From: an uncultured delta proteobacterium
GTDB taxonomy: Bacteria > Desulfobacterota > Binatia > UBA9968
Assembly (NCBI GenBank): GCA_963771465.1
Contig: CAVYTU010000015.1
Span: 544,001-608,000 of the forward strand
DNA: 64,000 bases
Direction of reading: 5' to 3'
Position numbers and translations under genes: made by a program
The notes under the pieces: model-generated
Seen by the model: only the letters and a program-made list of their open reading frames with translations
Databases searched by the model: none
What the model was told of the DNA's origin: nothing
Shown: positions 10,657 through 20,835 of the stretch, one piece after another
Layout of the letters: every line of letters starts with the position of its first letter
How positions within the stretch are numbered: the first letter of the stretch is position 1

Positions 10657-11373
10657 TCATAAATACTTTCGCCCTGCGATCGGATCTGGAACGTCCAAGC
10701 CCATCTGTTGAATGAGTGGGTCCACTTCTTTTTTAAATTCCCAACGTGCCTGAGTATTGTTCCGGCGTTTTAAGCCCCAGTGACAATATCGATTCGACCG
10801 ATCTGAATCAGAGCGGCCGAACATGTCGAGCGCTTTGACGTACCAAAAGTCAATGCTCTTTTGAATGTTTTCTTTTTGTTCGCCTCCCTTGAGGGCCAAC
10901 TCTGCAACTTGGTTCGTACCAAAACCGATATGACCCACTTCCTCTTTGAGGATTTCTGGCAAAATTCTCTGCAGCGGCAAGTAACTACAGTCGAGAAATT
11001 CTTCCAGTTGAAAACGGCCGACGCGATCGATCAAAAATCCGAACGCCGCGAAATCCTCCCATGATTGAATCCACCCGCGAAATGCTTCTAAATAGCGCTT
11101 TTGATTTGGGATACTGAGCAAATAAGAAGTGTCTACACCGATCTCTCCCGCGAGCAATGCGATTTTTCGGTAATGGTCCATTTCTTCGGCCGCGGTACGA
11201 GCAACAATTAACTGATCAACCTTAGTCGGCGCGGTCAGAAGTATATCTTTTACATACAAATGGGGCCCGCCGATTTCGCAATCCGCTTGAATCGTCAATA
11301 CTCGAGCGAGAAGTTGTTGGTATTCGTCGGGCATCGTATTTAGAGTATTACGATCGATTTTGTCTTCAAACAT
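10657..11373 (-). CDS. PaaA/PaaC-like ferritin-fold di-iron protein
   Basis: QADCE, AAEEMDH, LKEEVGH, FWYVKALDMFGRSDS, WGLKRRNN. Confidence 0.75.
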   Translation of the reverse strand: MFEDKIDRNTLNTMPDEYQQLLARVLTIQADCEIGGPHLYVKDILLTAPTKVDQLIVARTAAEEMDHYRKIALLAGEIGVDTSYLLSIPNQKRYLEAFRGWIQSWEDFAAFGFLIDRVGRFQLEEFLDCSYLPLQRILPEILKEEVGHIGFGTNQVAELALKGGEQKENIQKSIDFWYVKALDMFGRSDSDRSNRYCHWGLKRRNNTQARWEFKKEVDPLIQQMGLDVPDPIAGRKYL

Positions 11374-11407
11374 TTTCTGCTCCAAATCGTCCTTACTCCC
11401 AAGAGAA

Positions 11408-11422
11408 GCAAAGGGCATACCA
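11408..11422 (-). promoter_or_regulatory. Putative sigma54 promoter
   Basis: Minus strand TGGTATGCCCTTTGC, GG-N10-GC. Confidence 0.6.
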
Positions 11423-11596
11423 AAGGGACGTCGCGCAAGTGCCAAAAGGGCTACTTTTTAGTGCTGCATAAGAGCCAGATTGCCCTCACCTTGAACAAAA
11501 GTTACGCGAGAAAAAGGCCGGACGAAATGGTAAAAAAAGGCCGACGAGAAAGAGGCTCCTAGAGAGGAGAGTGCGGACGATTCAGCTAACACCGCT

Positions 11597-12244
11597 TTAA
11601 CGGCCGCTGTCGAGTAGATAATTAGCGACTAATTTCATGTCAGCCAGAAAGTGCCGATACTCTTTTTCTTGCTCGCTCTTATCGCGCTGTCGCAAAATAG
11701 CTGAAGGATGGATGGTGACTAGGACAATCCCATCCTTCTCGTCGTCGAGAAATTTGCCTCGCTCCTTAGCAATCCCTATCACTTTCCCCAACATCGCTTG
11801 AGCAGCGGTGACGCCCAGGCACACTACCAGTCGAGGCTGAACGACTGCTAATTCTGCGCGTAGCCATGGCTTGCACGCTATCACCTGCCGTAGCACCGGT
11901 CGTTGATGCATGCGTCGCTTGCCTCGCTGAATCCATCTGAAATGTTTTACCGCGTTGGTGACGTATACATCTTCGCGCCGGATATCGGCTTCGGCTAGTG
12001 CTTTGTCTAGTATCCTTCCGGCTGGGCCGACAAATGGGCGGCCTTGTCGATCTTCCATGTCGCCTGGCTGTTCACCAACTAAAGCCACTCGCGCTTCTTT
12101 TGGCCCATCACCGAATACCGTTTGTGTAGCGTTTCTGTAAAGGTCGCACCCTTCACACGAACGAGCTGCCTCGCGCAATGATTTGAGTGAACGCCTAGTC
12201 GGTAGGAACTCTTCAGCTGAAGTTTGTCGATGTGTCGTCAGCAT
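11597..12244 (-). CDS. udgX: UdgX-type uracil-DNA binding protein (family 4 UDG)
   Basis: CEGCDL Fe-S motif, [22 protein letters not shown]-loop GKRRMH, HPS. Confidence 0.85.
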   Translation of the reverse strand: MLTTHRQTSAEEFLPTRRSLKSLREAARSCEGCDLYRNATQTVFGDGPKEARVALVGEQPGDMEDRQGRPFVGPAGRILDKALAEADIRREDVYVTNAVKHFRWIQRGKRRMHQRPVLRQVIACKPWLRAELAVVQPRLVVCLGVTAAQAMLGKVIGIAKERGKFLDDEKDGIVLVTIHPSAILRQRDKSEQEKEYRHFLADMKLVANYLLDSGR

Positions 12245-12669
12245 GTCTTCCCGCCATGATGCCGAGTAACGGATATGGCAGCACATTTTTAAGTGAGCAA
12301 GTAGGAAGCCAAACCTCGCCGCGACATCATGGCCGAGAAAGAGTGTTCGGCGACGCTCCGCAGAACGCACATCAAATTGATGATCGCTTATCGCTTTCAA
12401 TTTAAACAAACTCATATGACAGCCGCTAAAACCAAAGACGTGCACACCGAAAGTTAACTGTTGTATGCCCCATGGTTTGATCCATAGAAGGATGACCCGT
12501 TCACGTTCGTTCACGCCGTAGCGATAATTAGAGTGCTAATGACACGCTGTCTGTCATTCACCTACTTCCTTGCTTTTTTTGTATGTAAAAATCCTCGGCT
12601 TTTTTTCGGCGCTCGACTGAGTTTTAGAAAAGCTAAACAAAGCACGGTAGTACTCGGGGGCGAATTTTT

Positions 12670-12684
12670 TGGCATGTTGGTTGC
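12670..12684 (+). promoter_or_regulatory. Putative sigma54 promoter
   Basis: TGGCATGTTGGTTGC, GG-N10-GC. Confidence 0.7.
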
Positions 12685-12757
12685 GTTACTTTGTAGTAGG
12701 GCTTGAATGAAAACAGTCGCGGATACACGCGGCGTTAACCAAGGAAAGGAGATAATT

Positions 12758-13324
12758 ATGGCAGGTAAGAACACCGCTGCATTTGGAATTTTTCCAGATG
12801 AAGTGAGTTTAAGAAATGGTGTGGAAACTTTGCAGAGAGAGGGATTTCGGACAGAGGATATTTCGGTGCTTTTCCCTCAAAACCAAGGCACCAAGGATTT
12901 TGCTCATGAGAAGGGAACAAAAGCGCCGGAAGGCGCGGCCACAGGCGCTGGCTCTGGCGCGGTCGTAGGCGGCGTGCTGGGTTGGCTTGCGGGAGTCGGC
13001 AGCATTGCTATTCCCGGTGTAGGGCCATTTATCGCCGCTGGACCGATCATGGCAGCCTTAGCGGGTGCCGGGGTTGGTGGAGCGGTGGGGGGATTGACCG
13101 GCGCCGTTATCGGCGCGGGGATACCCGAGTATGAAGCAAAAAGATACGAGGGGCTTGTTCGCAATGGCGGCATCCTCATATCGGTACATTGCGACAACTC
13201 GAAGTGGACGTCGAAAGCTAAGGATATTCTGGAAAGGACCGGAGCCGACGACGTTTCTTCTACAGGGGAGGCGAGGGCGGACTTTGCAGAGAGCGATAAA
13301 CCGCGACCTCGTGCTAACTTTTAA
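12758..13324 (+). CDS. General stress membrane protein (DUF3341/glycine-zipper type)
   Basis: IPGVGPFIAAGP, GIPEYEAKRYEG, GGILISVHCD; AAGGAG RBS. Confidence 0.8.
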   Translation: MAGKNTAAFGIFPDEVSLRNGVETLQREGFRTEDISVLFPQNQGTKDFAHEKGTKAPEGAATGAGSGAVVGGVLGWLAGVGSIAIPGVGPFIAAGPIMAALAGAGVGGAVGGLTGAVIGAGIPEYEAKRYEGLVRNGGILISVHCDNSKWTSKAKDILERTGADDVSSTGEARADFAESDKPRPRANF

Positions 13325-13347
13325 GGCAGCTAGATAAAAGCAAGTGC

Positions 13348-13386
13348 AAAGAGGGGTTCGCCGCTACGGCGAACCCCTCTTTATTG
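13348..13386 (+). terminator. Rho-independent terminator, probably bidirectional
   Basis: AAAGAGGGGTTCGCCG-CTA-CGGCGAACCCCTCTTT perfect 16-bp stem. Confidence 0.85.
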
Positions 13387-13450
13387 AACGTGCCTCTCTC
13401 ACCGCGTTGCTTCGCCTTATTGCTTTTCTCGCTGTGGCGCTAGGGTTTTT

Positions 13451-13693
13451 ATGAAGATACCAATTGAACTAACCGAGGAATCCCGAAACCTGCTGGCGAA
13501 CCATTTTAAAGAAAACACGGACCTTCACCGAATTCTTGCCCACGCCAACCGCGATGAAGTGGCCGGCGTCGCAGTCTATGGATTTGAGTGCGAGCCAGCG
13601 CAGGCAGAGGCATTACTTGATATGGCGCGCGACCATTGCCCTCCTGCGGTGAAAGATATTGAGCATGCAATCTTTGCGGCTACTGCGGGGTGA
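13451..13693 (+). CDS. Small hypothetical protein (paralog of 9861-10115)
   Basis: 80-aa ORF; MKI.IE...IL..A...CE..QA..LL..AR...P.AV..I..AI. Confidence 0.6.
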   Translation: MKIPIELTEESRNLLANHFKENTDLHRILAHANRDEVAGVAVYGFECEPAQAEALLDMARDHCPPAVKDIEHAIFAATAG

Positions 13694-13761
13694 GCCGTTT
13701 GAATGATCGTTGTGCCAAGTGAGGCCAGAGCCGGGAGAAACACTTCGCCTTGGAGTAAAAT

Positions 13762-14433
13762 ATGAAAAGCCCTTTTGCCACGCGCAGGAAAGCGGGCGAG
13801 GCGCTCGCGACCAAACTGGCAGCTTACGCGAATCGAGCGGACGTGCTTGTGCTTGGATTGCCGCGAGGCGGTGTGCCAGTTGCGTACGAAGTCGCACGAG
13901 CCTTGTGTGCGCCTTTGGATATTTTCCTCGTGCGCAAGCTTGGCGTGCCTGGACATGAAGAATTGGCCATGGGTGCTATTGCCACCGGTGGGGTGCGCGT
14001 TTTGAACGATGAAACCATCGCATTACTTCACATTCCCGTGTCTGTAATCGAAGCCGTCGCGCACCGGGAACAACAAGAGCTGGAAAGACGTGAACAGCTG
14101 TACCGTGGAGACCAGGCTAAACCGGACGTGCAAGGGCGCACAGTCATCCTGGTCGATGATGGACTAGCCACGGGCTCGACCATGCGTGCAGCGGCAATTG
14201 CGCTCCGCGGAATGGGGCCATCCAGAATAGTCGTGGCAGTGCCGGTTGGCGCCCAGGAAAGTTGTGACGAATTTTGCGAGGAGGTCGATGAAGTGGTATG
14301 CGCGGTCACGCCCGAACCGTTCAGGTCAGTCGGCGCATCATACGTGGACTTTTCCCAAACGAGCGACGAAGAGGTGCGCCGCTTGCTGCAAAAAACCGTA
14401 GGTGATGAGCGGCGGGTTTTTCACCTCGCGTGA
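13762..14433 (+). CDS. Phosphoribosyltransferase family protein
   Basis: LGLPRGGVPVA, VRKLGVPGHEELAMGAI, ILVDDGLATGST. Confidence 0.9.
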   Translation: MKSPFATRRKAGEALATKLAAYANRADVLVLGLPRGGVPVAYEVARALCAPLDIFLVRKLGVPGHEELAMGAIATGGVRVLNDETIALLHIPVSVIEAVAHREQQELERREQLYRGDQAKPDVQGRTVILVDDGLATGSTMRAAAIALRGMGPSRIVVAVPVGAQESCDEFCEEVDEVVCAVTPEPFRSVGASYVDFSQTSDEEVRRLLQKTVGDERRVFHLA

Positions 14434-14445
14434 TCCGAGAGCAAT

Positions 14446-14931
14446 TTAATTACGGCGCGTAATTGTATGGATAGGGTTTGAAATGCTATTTCGCCGCTTG
14501 TACATAGCCACAGCGGTTTCACGAATTGAACTCATATCTAGGGTTTCCGATTGCACGTCTCCAGCCCTGGTCTGATATTCCAGCTCGACGTCCCCAGCCT
14601 TGGAGGGGCAGCAGTTGCTAAGACGCCGCAGCTCTCCTCGTTTACTATCAACGTATTTACCGGTGGCCCGAAGGATTTCAGGCAAGCTGTCGAAACGAAG
14701 TTCGGACTTGGTTTGACGACGCCGGGCCTGACCTTCACGATCGATAATTTGGATGCTATCGCTTGAAAACTGAAGCTTGAGCATACCCGTGTACGGTGGA
14801 TTGGGATCGCCGCATTCCACGATAAATTCGTCGGCCTCAGTGGTAATCAATTCGAAAAGATCGATGTTGTGGTTTTCCAACGCTTGACCGATGCACCTAA
14901 GGGCGCTGGCATAGGGAGGACGATAAAGCAT
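14446..14931 (-). CDS. Hypothetical protein with internal two-fold repeat (paralog of 28527-29027)
   Basis: YASALRCIGQAL and LPEILRATGKYV repeats. Confidence 0.6.
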   Translation of the reverse strand: MLYRPPYASALRCIGQALENHNIDLFELITTEADEFIVECGDPNPPYTGMLKLQFSSDSIQIIDREGQARRRQTKSELRFDSLPEILRATGKYVDSKRGELRRLSNCCPSKAGDVELEYQTRAGDVQSETLDMSSIRETAVAMYKRRNSISNPIHTITRRN

Positions 14932-15126
14932 ATCATGTAAGAAAGTTTCCGGTTGCCTATGCCGCCGGATAGTGCGCCTCGATTCAGTTGACGATTTTAA
15001 AAAAGCTCGCGCTTAGATGAGTGATCCAGCAAAGGAGTTGCCTCCTGTACCCATTCTTTAAACTCCTTCTTCTCTGTAACTGTCTTAATCTGCTGTAACT
15101 CCTCGATCCAAAGTGTGTGAACCGTT

Positions 15127-15588
15127 TTACTTCTCGCGATGCAAATCAACGCTAAGCTTCTCTAAGGTTTTATCGTCCAACAATCCCGTCGCCGGCAAGC
15201 TGTTCTGTTTTTGAAATTTCGCCAAGGCTTCCTGAGTCTCTTCGTCCAATTTACCATCATCACCGGGGTTCAACCCCTTTGCCCGAAGCGCTTGCTGTGC
15301 ACGCCTAACATCTGTGGGGCTAATTACCATTTTTTCTTCGATGATCTCAGCCGGACGACTGGTCCGCGGAAGCGGAACTTCCTGCGGAAGACCGGGGTTT
15401 AGACGCGGAGTATTTGGCCCCGGAATTCCAGGATCTGATTGAGGCGGCCGTGGAAATATAGGATTGGGCTGCGGTACTTTTGAGGCAGGTGTCTGCTCGT
15501 TGCCCACCTGCGCCATCAGATCCGTCCTGAATCCGAGGCCTAGCAAAGATGAAACGATCAAAATAAGAGTTCCCTCGCGCGTTTTCAT
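15127..15588 (-). CDS. Secreted Pro-rich peptidoglycan-binding domain protein (paralog of 10177-10572)
   Basis: Same architecture; shares TSRPAEIIEEKMVI. Confidence 0.8.
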   Translation of the reverse strand: MKTREGTLILIVSSLLGLGFRTDLMAQVGNEQTPASKVPQPNPIFPRPPQSDPGIPGPNTPRLNPGLPQEVPLPRTSRPAEIIEEKMVISPTDVRRAQQALRAKGLNPGDDGKLDEETQEALAKFQKQNSLPATGLLDDKTLEKLSVDLHREK

Positions 15589-15650
15589 ATTTCTATCCCC
15601 CTATTGTCTAGAATGAAAACTCACTTCGACCTATCACTACAGGTTAAGGG

Positions 15651-15665
15651 GCAAACTATATGCCA
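15651..15665 (-). promoter_or_regulatory. Putative sigma54 promoter
   Basis: Minus strand TGGCATATAGTTTGC. Confidence 0.7.
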
Positions 15666-15960
15666 AACCAAATCCTTAGATTTGCAGCGGATTTTGATCA
15701 GACTAACCGATATCTGTCGGTGTTTTTCCGACTTGGGTGTAGGGATGAACTAGCACTCCGTCACCGGCGATAAAACCGCTGCACATCGCTTTAACTGGCA
15801 ATACGAGGCGGGCGCTCGCAGATGGGGGCGGAGGAGAACAGGTAATGTTCGTTAAGCCCTTGGCCTGAAATCCCCCAGCCCCTTCCGAAGCCCATCCACG
15901 ATTGGGCAGGTAACATGTCGCGTGGAAACTCGATCGATTACTTCCACTTCGTGCAGGCGT

Positions 15961-16566
15961 TTAGTGTTTATTTCCCAGCATTTCGGAGCGGCTTTGCTTA
16001 GCACGAGCAGCTCCTATGGCAGTTTTGACATCCTTTTTTTCTTCAGGGGGTGGGATCACAGCGGGAAAGCCCATCGATTGCATCCACAATTCCCGACTCC
16101 ATCCTTTGGTATGATATAGGTGCTCGTCTTCCTCGTCCTCAACCTCTTTGTGGGCCTCTTTCAACGCTTTACCATTTTCACCCTTGACCTTCTTGGCGGC
16201 TAGACCAATCAATTCCCAGTTCAAATGATCCTTGGTCTCCGCTTCTGCCACACACTCGGCCGCAACAATTTCAGCGGCTTCCGGCTTCCCCGATTGCTGG
16301 GCCATTTCCATAGCCTTCACAAGCGACTGCCCGATATGACGCACCACTTGGCGGCCGGGTGTTTCCGTTTCAGGGTCGAGCCCGAGTTTTTCGAACATGT
16401 CGCGCACGATCTTTACGTGGTTGGTGGTTTGCTCTAAATACTCTTCCCACTCCGTCTTCAAATCTTCATTCACGGCGCACTGAATCGCCTGTTCATAAAC
16501 TTTCACACCGCCGAGTTCCGTCTCCAAAGCCTCATAGAGAAGCTGGTTCAGCTCTTCGTTTTCCAT
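15961..16566 (-). CDS. Ferritin-like DUF892/YciF-type stress protein
   Basis: LYEALETELGG.KVY, QTTNH, AETKDHLNW, EEDEHLYH. Confidence 0.8.
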   Translation of the reverse strand: MENEELNQLLYEALETELGGVKVYEQAIQCAVNEDLKTEWEEYLEQTTNHVKIVRDMFEKLGLDPETETPGRQVVRHIGQSLVKAMEMAQQSGKPEAAEIVAAECVAEAETKDHLNWELIGLAAKKVKGENGKALKEAHKEVEDEEDEHLYHTKGWSRELWMQSMGFPAVIPPPEEKKDVKTAIGAARAKQSRSEMLGNKH

Positions 16567-16605
16567 TTGTAGCCCCCTTAAAAATTTCTTCTATGATCGT
16601 TGGCA

Positions 16606-16620
16606 GCAACGGTCGTGCCA
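16606..16620 (-). promoter_or_regulatory. Putative sigma54 promoter (consensus match)
   Basis: Minus strand TGGCACGACCGTTGC. Confidence 0.8.
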
Positions 16621-16949
16621 CATGGCCGGCACTATTGGAGCTCAGCTAGTACTGTGCAAGTGAAATTTATTTTTGGGGCCCGTGTCTGACATTTGGGAAT
16701 AAGGCGCAAAAATACATCCAAAAAATGAGACACGTTCGACGCCATCCGGCATAAAATTCACCCAGCTGATTGCGATATACACGTGTGCAGGAAAGACCCG
16801 ATAGATTTCACGGGCTACCTCGAATCATGGAACTAGAGGCGGTCGGTGAACTTGAATGTCGACGATGGTTAAATATATCCATCAACTCGAGTGTTTTTCT
16901 CTTGGCAAATTCCTTCAAGACAATTGGCAAATTTCCATTTGCATACCAC

Positions 16950-16983
16950 TAACCGGTAGAAACGAGTAACCGGTAGAAACGAG
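16950..16983. repeat. Exact 17-bp tandem duplication
   Basis: TAACCGGTAGAAACGAG x2, just before the sigma54-like TGGCACAATCCTTGG (16986-17000). Confidence 0.9.
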
Positions 16984-17115
16984 CTTGGCACAATCCTTGG
17001 GTAATTATTCGAACAATCGAGTCGATCCACACGCTAAATCGGTGTGGCATCTAGATCAGATGCAGACGCTCTAGAGGCTCTGCCGTAGCCGTATTTGAAA
17101 AGAAGAGGAATAAGG

Positions 17116-18165
17116 ATGAAGCCTTCGATGGACAAGTTATCCCGCTCTCCCCTGGCTCTTGCCGGCTTGATAACTGCCTCAGCCGTTTATGCAGGGCGTC
17201 AAGTCGCACGGCGGCGGCGCCGGATCGATTTCGCCGGCAAGACCGTGGTTATTTCCGGCGGCTCGCGCGGCTTAGGATTGGAACTCGCTCGCGCGTTTGC
17301 CTCCGAGGGAGCTAATATCGCGCTGTTAGCGCGAGATGAAAACAATTTACAACGCGGCGCGAGTCAACTGCAGCAATTCGGTTCGCGCGTGACTCCTTTG
17401 GTATGCGATGTTGGCGACCACGATCAAGTGAAACAGACAATCGCCTTCATTCTTGGCCAACATCAACAGATCGAAGTATTGGTCAATAATGCAGGAATCA
17501 TTCAAGTCGGACCGCTAGAAAACATGGCTCGTGAGGATTACGAACGGAGCATGAGAACGCATTTCTGGGGTCCGCTTAATTTAATGAACGAGGTCATTCC
17601 CGCTATGCAGGCGGCCTCCTCTGGGCGAATTGTAAATATCGCTTCGATTGGCGGACGAGTTGCAGTGCCTCACTTGCTACCCTATGTCGCAAGCAAGTTT
17701 GCTTTAGTTGGGCTGTCGGAGGGTATGCGGGCTGAGTTGCTGAAAGATGGTATTTTCGTAACGACGGTCTCTCCCGGTTTAATGCGAACCGGATCTCATT
17801 TGAATGCTTTTTTCAAAGGACAACACAAGAAGGAGTATGCGTTATTTGCTCTTGCCAACGCGTCGCCGTTGCTTTCGACGGCTTCGCTCACCGCGGCACG
17901 CAAAATTCTCGAAGCCTGCCGTTATGGTGCAGCCGAGATCACAATCACGCCCCAAGCTAAGTTGCTGCGGGTTGCGCACGGTCTTTTCCCTTCGCTAGTC
18001 ACCAACGCACTCGGCTGGGTCGGGCGTTTGCTTCCGGAGGCTGCTAGTCAAGGAATGAATGTTTCGAAACCAGGGTGGAAAAGCAAATCATCAATGGCGC
18101 CGGCATTCCTAACGCGATCCGCCGACCGTGCGGCACACCGCAACAACGAGATTGCGGGGGAATAG
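17116..18165 (+). CDS. SDR family oxidoreductase
   Basis: SGGSRGLG, NNAG, ASIGG, YVASK. Confidence 0.9.
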   Translation: MKPSMDKLSRSPLALAGLITASAVYAGRQVARRRRRIDFAGKTVVISGGSRGLGLELARAFASEGANIALLARDENNLQRGASQLQQFGSRVTPLVCDVGDHDQVKQTIAFILGQHQQIEVLVNNAGIIQVGPLENMAREDYERSMRTHFWGPLNLMNEVIPAMQAASSGRIVNIASIGGRVAVPHLLPYVASKFALVGLSEGMRAELLKDGIFVTTVSPGLMRTGSHLNAFFKGQHKKEYALFALANASPLLSTASLTAARKILEACRYGAAEITITPQAKLLRVAHGLFPSLVTNALGWVGRLLPEAASQGMNVSKPGWKSKSSMAPAFLTRSADRAAHRNNEIAGE

Positions 18166-18356
18166 CCGTCATTTCAGCCACCTTCGGCCAGCGTTAATAA
18201 TCTGTTCACCATGTGTTGCTTTCCAGCCACGATGTTAAATGTCACTCCGTCGAACCGTTCTCAGCGACGGCAACCTTTTTGCCCTCGATTAAAGTCTCTG
18301 GCGGCAGCTTGCGCAAGTTGTAGCGATATACGGCGAAAGCATGCGGTACATCGTCG

Positions 18357-20511
18357 CTAAGCTGAAGACGTCTCTCGCTTCCAATAACGCAATTCACCGC
18401 ACGCTTTGATAAAGTTACCAGCATCGGCAGGGACCGTTAACACCAAGCACGCTTCGTCGAGGTTACCGGCGATGCCGGCCTTTTCCAGCAATGGCTGGGC
18501 TTCCTTTGAGTACCCAATGAATTTCAAATGAGCGAATGCGTCAGCGACAAAATCGCGAGCGCTGGGTTCTTTTGCCAATAGGTCGGACGCCGTCTTGGAA
18601 GCAAGTAACGCTACTGCGTCGAATAGTACAGAGGGTCCCCCTGCGAGCTTGTGCTGAGCTTCAACCCATGTGTCGTCGCTCATTTTGACGCCGCCGATCA
18701 TCGGCGCGATTATTTCTACGACCGCCCCTTGCTTGGCCGCCGCTTGTTGGAGCGCAGTCAAAACCCTGGCATCTGCGCCATCGGTCAGCAGCACGCCCAA
18801 CTTTCGTCCTTTAAAGCTCTTCGGGCCGTTCAGTAGAATACTGAGAGCCGGCGACTTCGTCAGATCACTACGTGTCGCTCGCGCCGCCTCAGCTGGAGGC
18901 GGCATCGTTTTTAGGCGTAACCCGTCGGCAACCTTTTTCGCCAGCTCTTTGTCTATGTTCAGCAAATGTCCAACAACGCGCTGGCGAATTACTGGACGCT
19001 CGACCTTGCTCAGTTCGAAAACCAACGCCGCCGCAATATGGTTTTGCTCATTGGGAGTTTGACTGATATAAAATTGCCGCGCTTGGGAATAATGGTCAGC
19101 GAAGCTTTCCGATCGGATCCGCAATTTCGGTGCCGGATTCCTGCGCTTGATAACTGCCGAAGCCTTGCGGCGTTTCCCGGGGACCCACATCAGCGTTAAT
19201 AGAATTAGGTTCATAATTTATCTGCCCCATGGGGTTATGCATCGCCATGTGGCCGTCCTGCTGAAAGTGGGCGAACGGGCATTTCGGCGCATTAACTGGA
19301 ATATGGGTAAAGTTCGGACCACCTAAACGTTTCAACTGGGTATCGAGATAAGAGAAATTGCGCCCTTGCAGTAGCGGGTCATTGGAGAAATCGATGCCAG
19401 GAACAATATTCTGAGTGCAGAATGCTACCTGCTCGGTTTCAGCAAAAAAGTTACTGACAACCTTGTCGAGAACCAACCGCCCGACAATGCGAACCGGAAC
19501 TTCTTCTTCCGGGATCAATTTCGTCGCGTCGAGGACATCGAAATCGAAACGCTCGGCAAAATCCTCATTGAAAAGTTGCAGACCCAATTGCCATTCGGGA
19601 AAATCGCCCTTTTGAATAGCATTCCATAAATCACGGCGATGAAAATCGGGATCAGCGCCATTGATCTTTACCGCTTCATTCCAGACTACTGATTGCAAGC
19701 CAAGTTTTGGTTTCCAATGAAATTTAACGAAGGTCGATTTTCCTTGGGCGTTTACCAACCGAAACGTATGCACGCCGAAACCCTCCATGAAACGAAACGA
19801 ACGTGGAATGGCTCGATCCGACATAACCCACATGATCATATGCATACTCTCGGGCATGAGTGATATGAAATCCCAGAAATTGTCGTGCGCGGAAGCTGCC
19901 TGAGGAAAACCGCGGTCTGGTTCTTCTTTAACCGAATGAACCAGATCGGGAAACTTCATCGCATCCTGGATGAAAAAGACCGGTATATTATTGCCAACAA
20001 TGTCCCAGTTACCTTGCTTAGTATAAAGTTTTACCGCGAAACCACGAACGTCGCGCGCCAGATCGGGAGAACCTTTGTTACCCGCGACAGTGGAAAAACG
20101 CACGAAAGCTGGAGTCTTTTCCCCGGCGCGCTGGAAAATATCGGCTGAGGTTATATCCGAGAGCGACTCGTAGGTTTCAAAATAGCCGTGGGCGCCAAAA
20201 CCGCGGGCATGTACGACTCGCTCAGGTATCCGCTCGTGGTCGAAATGAAAGATTTTGTCGCGCAGAACTTGATCTTCCAACAGTGTCGGGCCGCGGGCGC
20301 CGATTCTAAGTGAATTTTGATCGTCTGAAACCGGCGCCCCTTGCTGAGTAGTCAACAACGCTGCTTTTGCGCTCGCTAGTTGATGAGTCTCGCCTCCGAC
20401 CCCCTGCTTAGTGTTTTGATTACCAGACCGGGCGTCTGTCAGTTTTCTTGCGGACGAACTATTTTTGCTCTCGCTCGCTGTCTTGTTCCGGGATTTTGTC
20501 GCTTTCGCCAT
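18357..20511 (-). pseudogene. katE: Large-subunit catalase HPII split by a 1-nt frameshift at ~19131
   Basis: [36 protein letters not shown] in frame 1; [18 protein letters not shown] and DJ-1-like C-terminal domain in frame 2. Confidence 0.85.
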
Positions 20512-20560
20512 CGACGACTCCTTATAAGTAAAATGAGGAATGCTTTTTACCAGCGACGGC

Positions 20561-20575
20561 GCAATTAGCATGCCT
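20561..20575 (-). promoter_or_regulatory. Putative sigma54 promoter for katE
   Basis: Minus strand AGGCATGCTAATTGC, GG-N10-GC. Confidence 0.6.
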
Positions 20576-20701
20576 GTGATTGAATGGGTGTTTGTCGAAT
20601 CGAACACTGCAACTAAGCGAGTCTATGTCTTGAATATGGGATTATGATTCAAGCGATGTCTCTATTTTGGCACGAACATGGAGGAAGGATCGTAGAATCG
20701 C

Positions 20702-20716
20702 TGGCATGTCAGTTGC
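20702..20716 (+). promoter_or_regulatory. Putative sigma54 promoter
   Basis: TGGCATGTCAGTTGC. Confidence 0.7.
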
Positions 20717-20835
20717 TCATTCGTTCACTAGCAATCTTAACACTGAGGAATGCATACAAGCGTCAAGCGAAACCCCAAACCGCATTTTGACTTGGTAGTG
20801 AAAAATAAAATTTTAAAACTCGGGAGGGAAAATCA

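Noticed and set aside
16950-16983. CRISPR array
   Set aside because: Two adjacent copies with no spacer; no cas genes and no array seen anywhere in the window.
19096-19214. Programmed frameshift in katE
   Set aside because: No slippery heptamer or homopolymer at the site; an indel is the simpler explanation.
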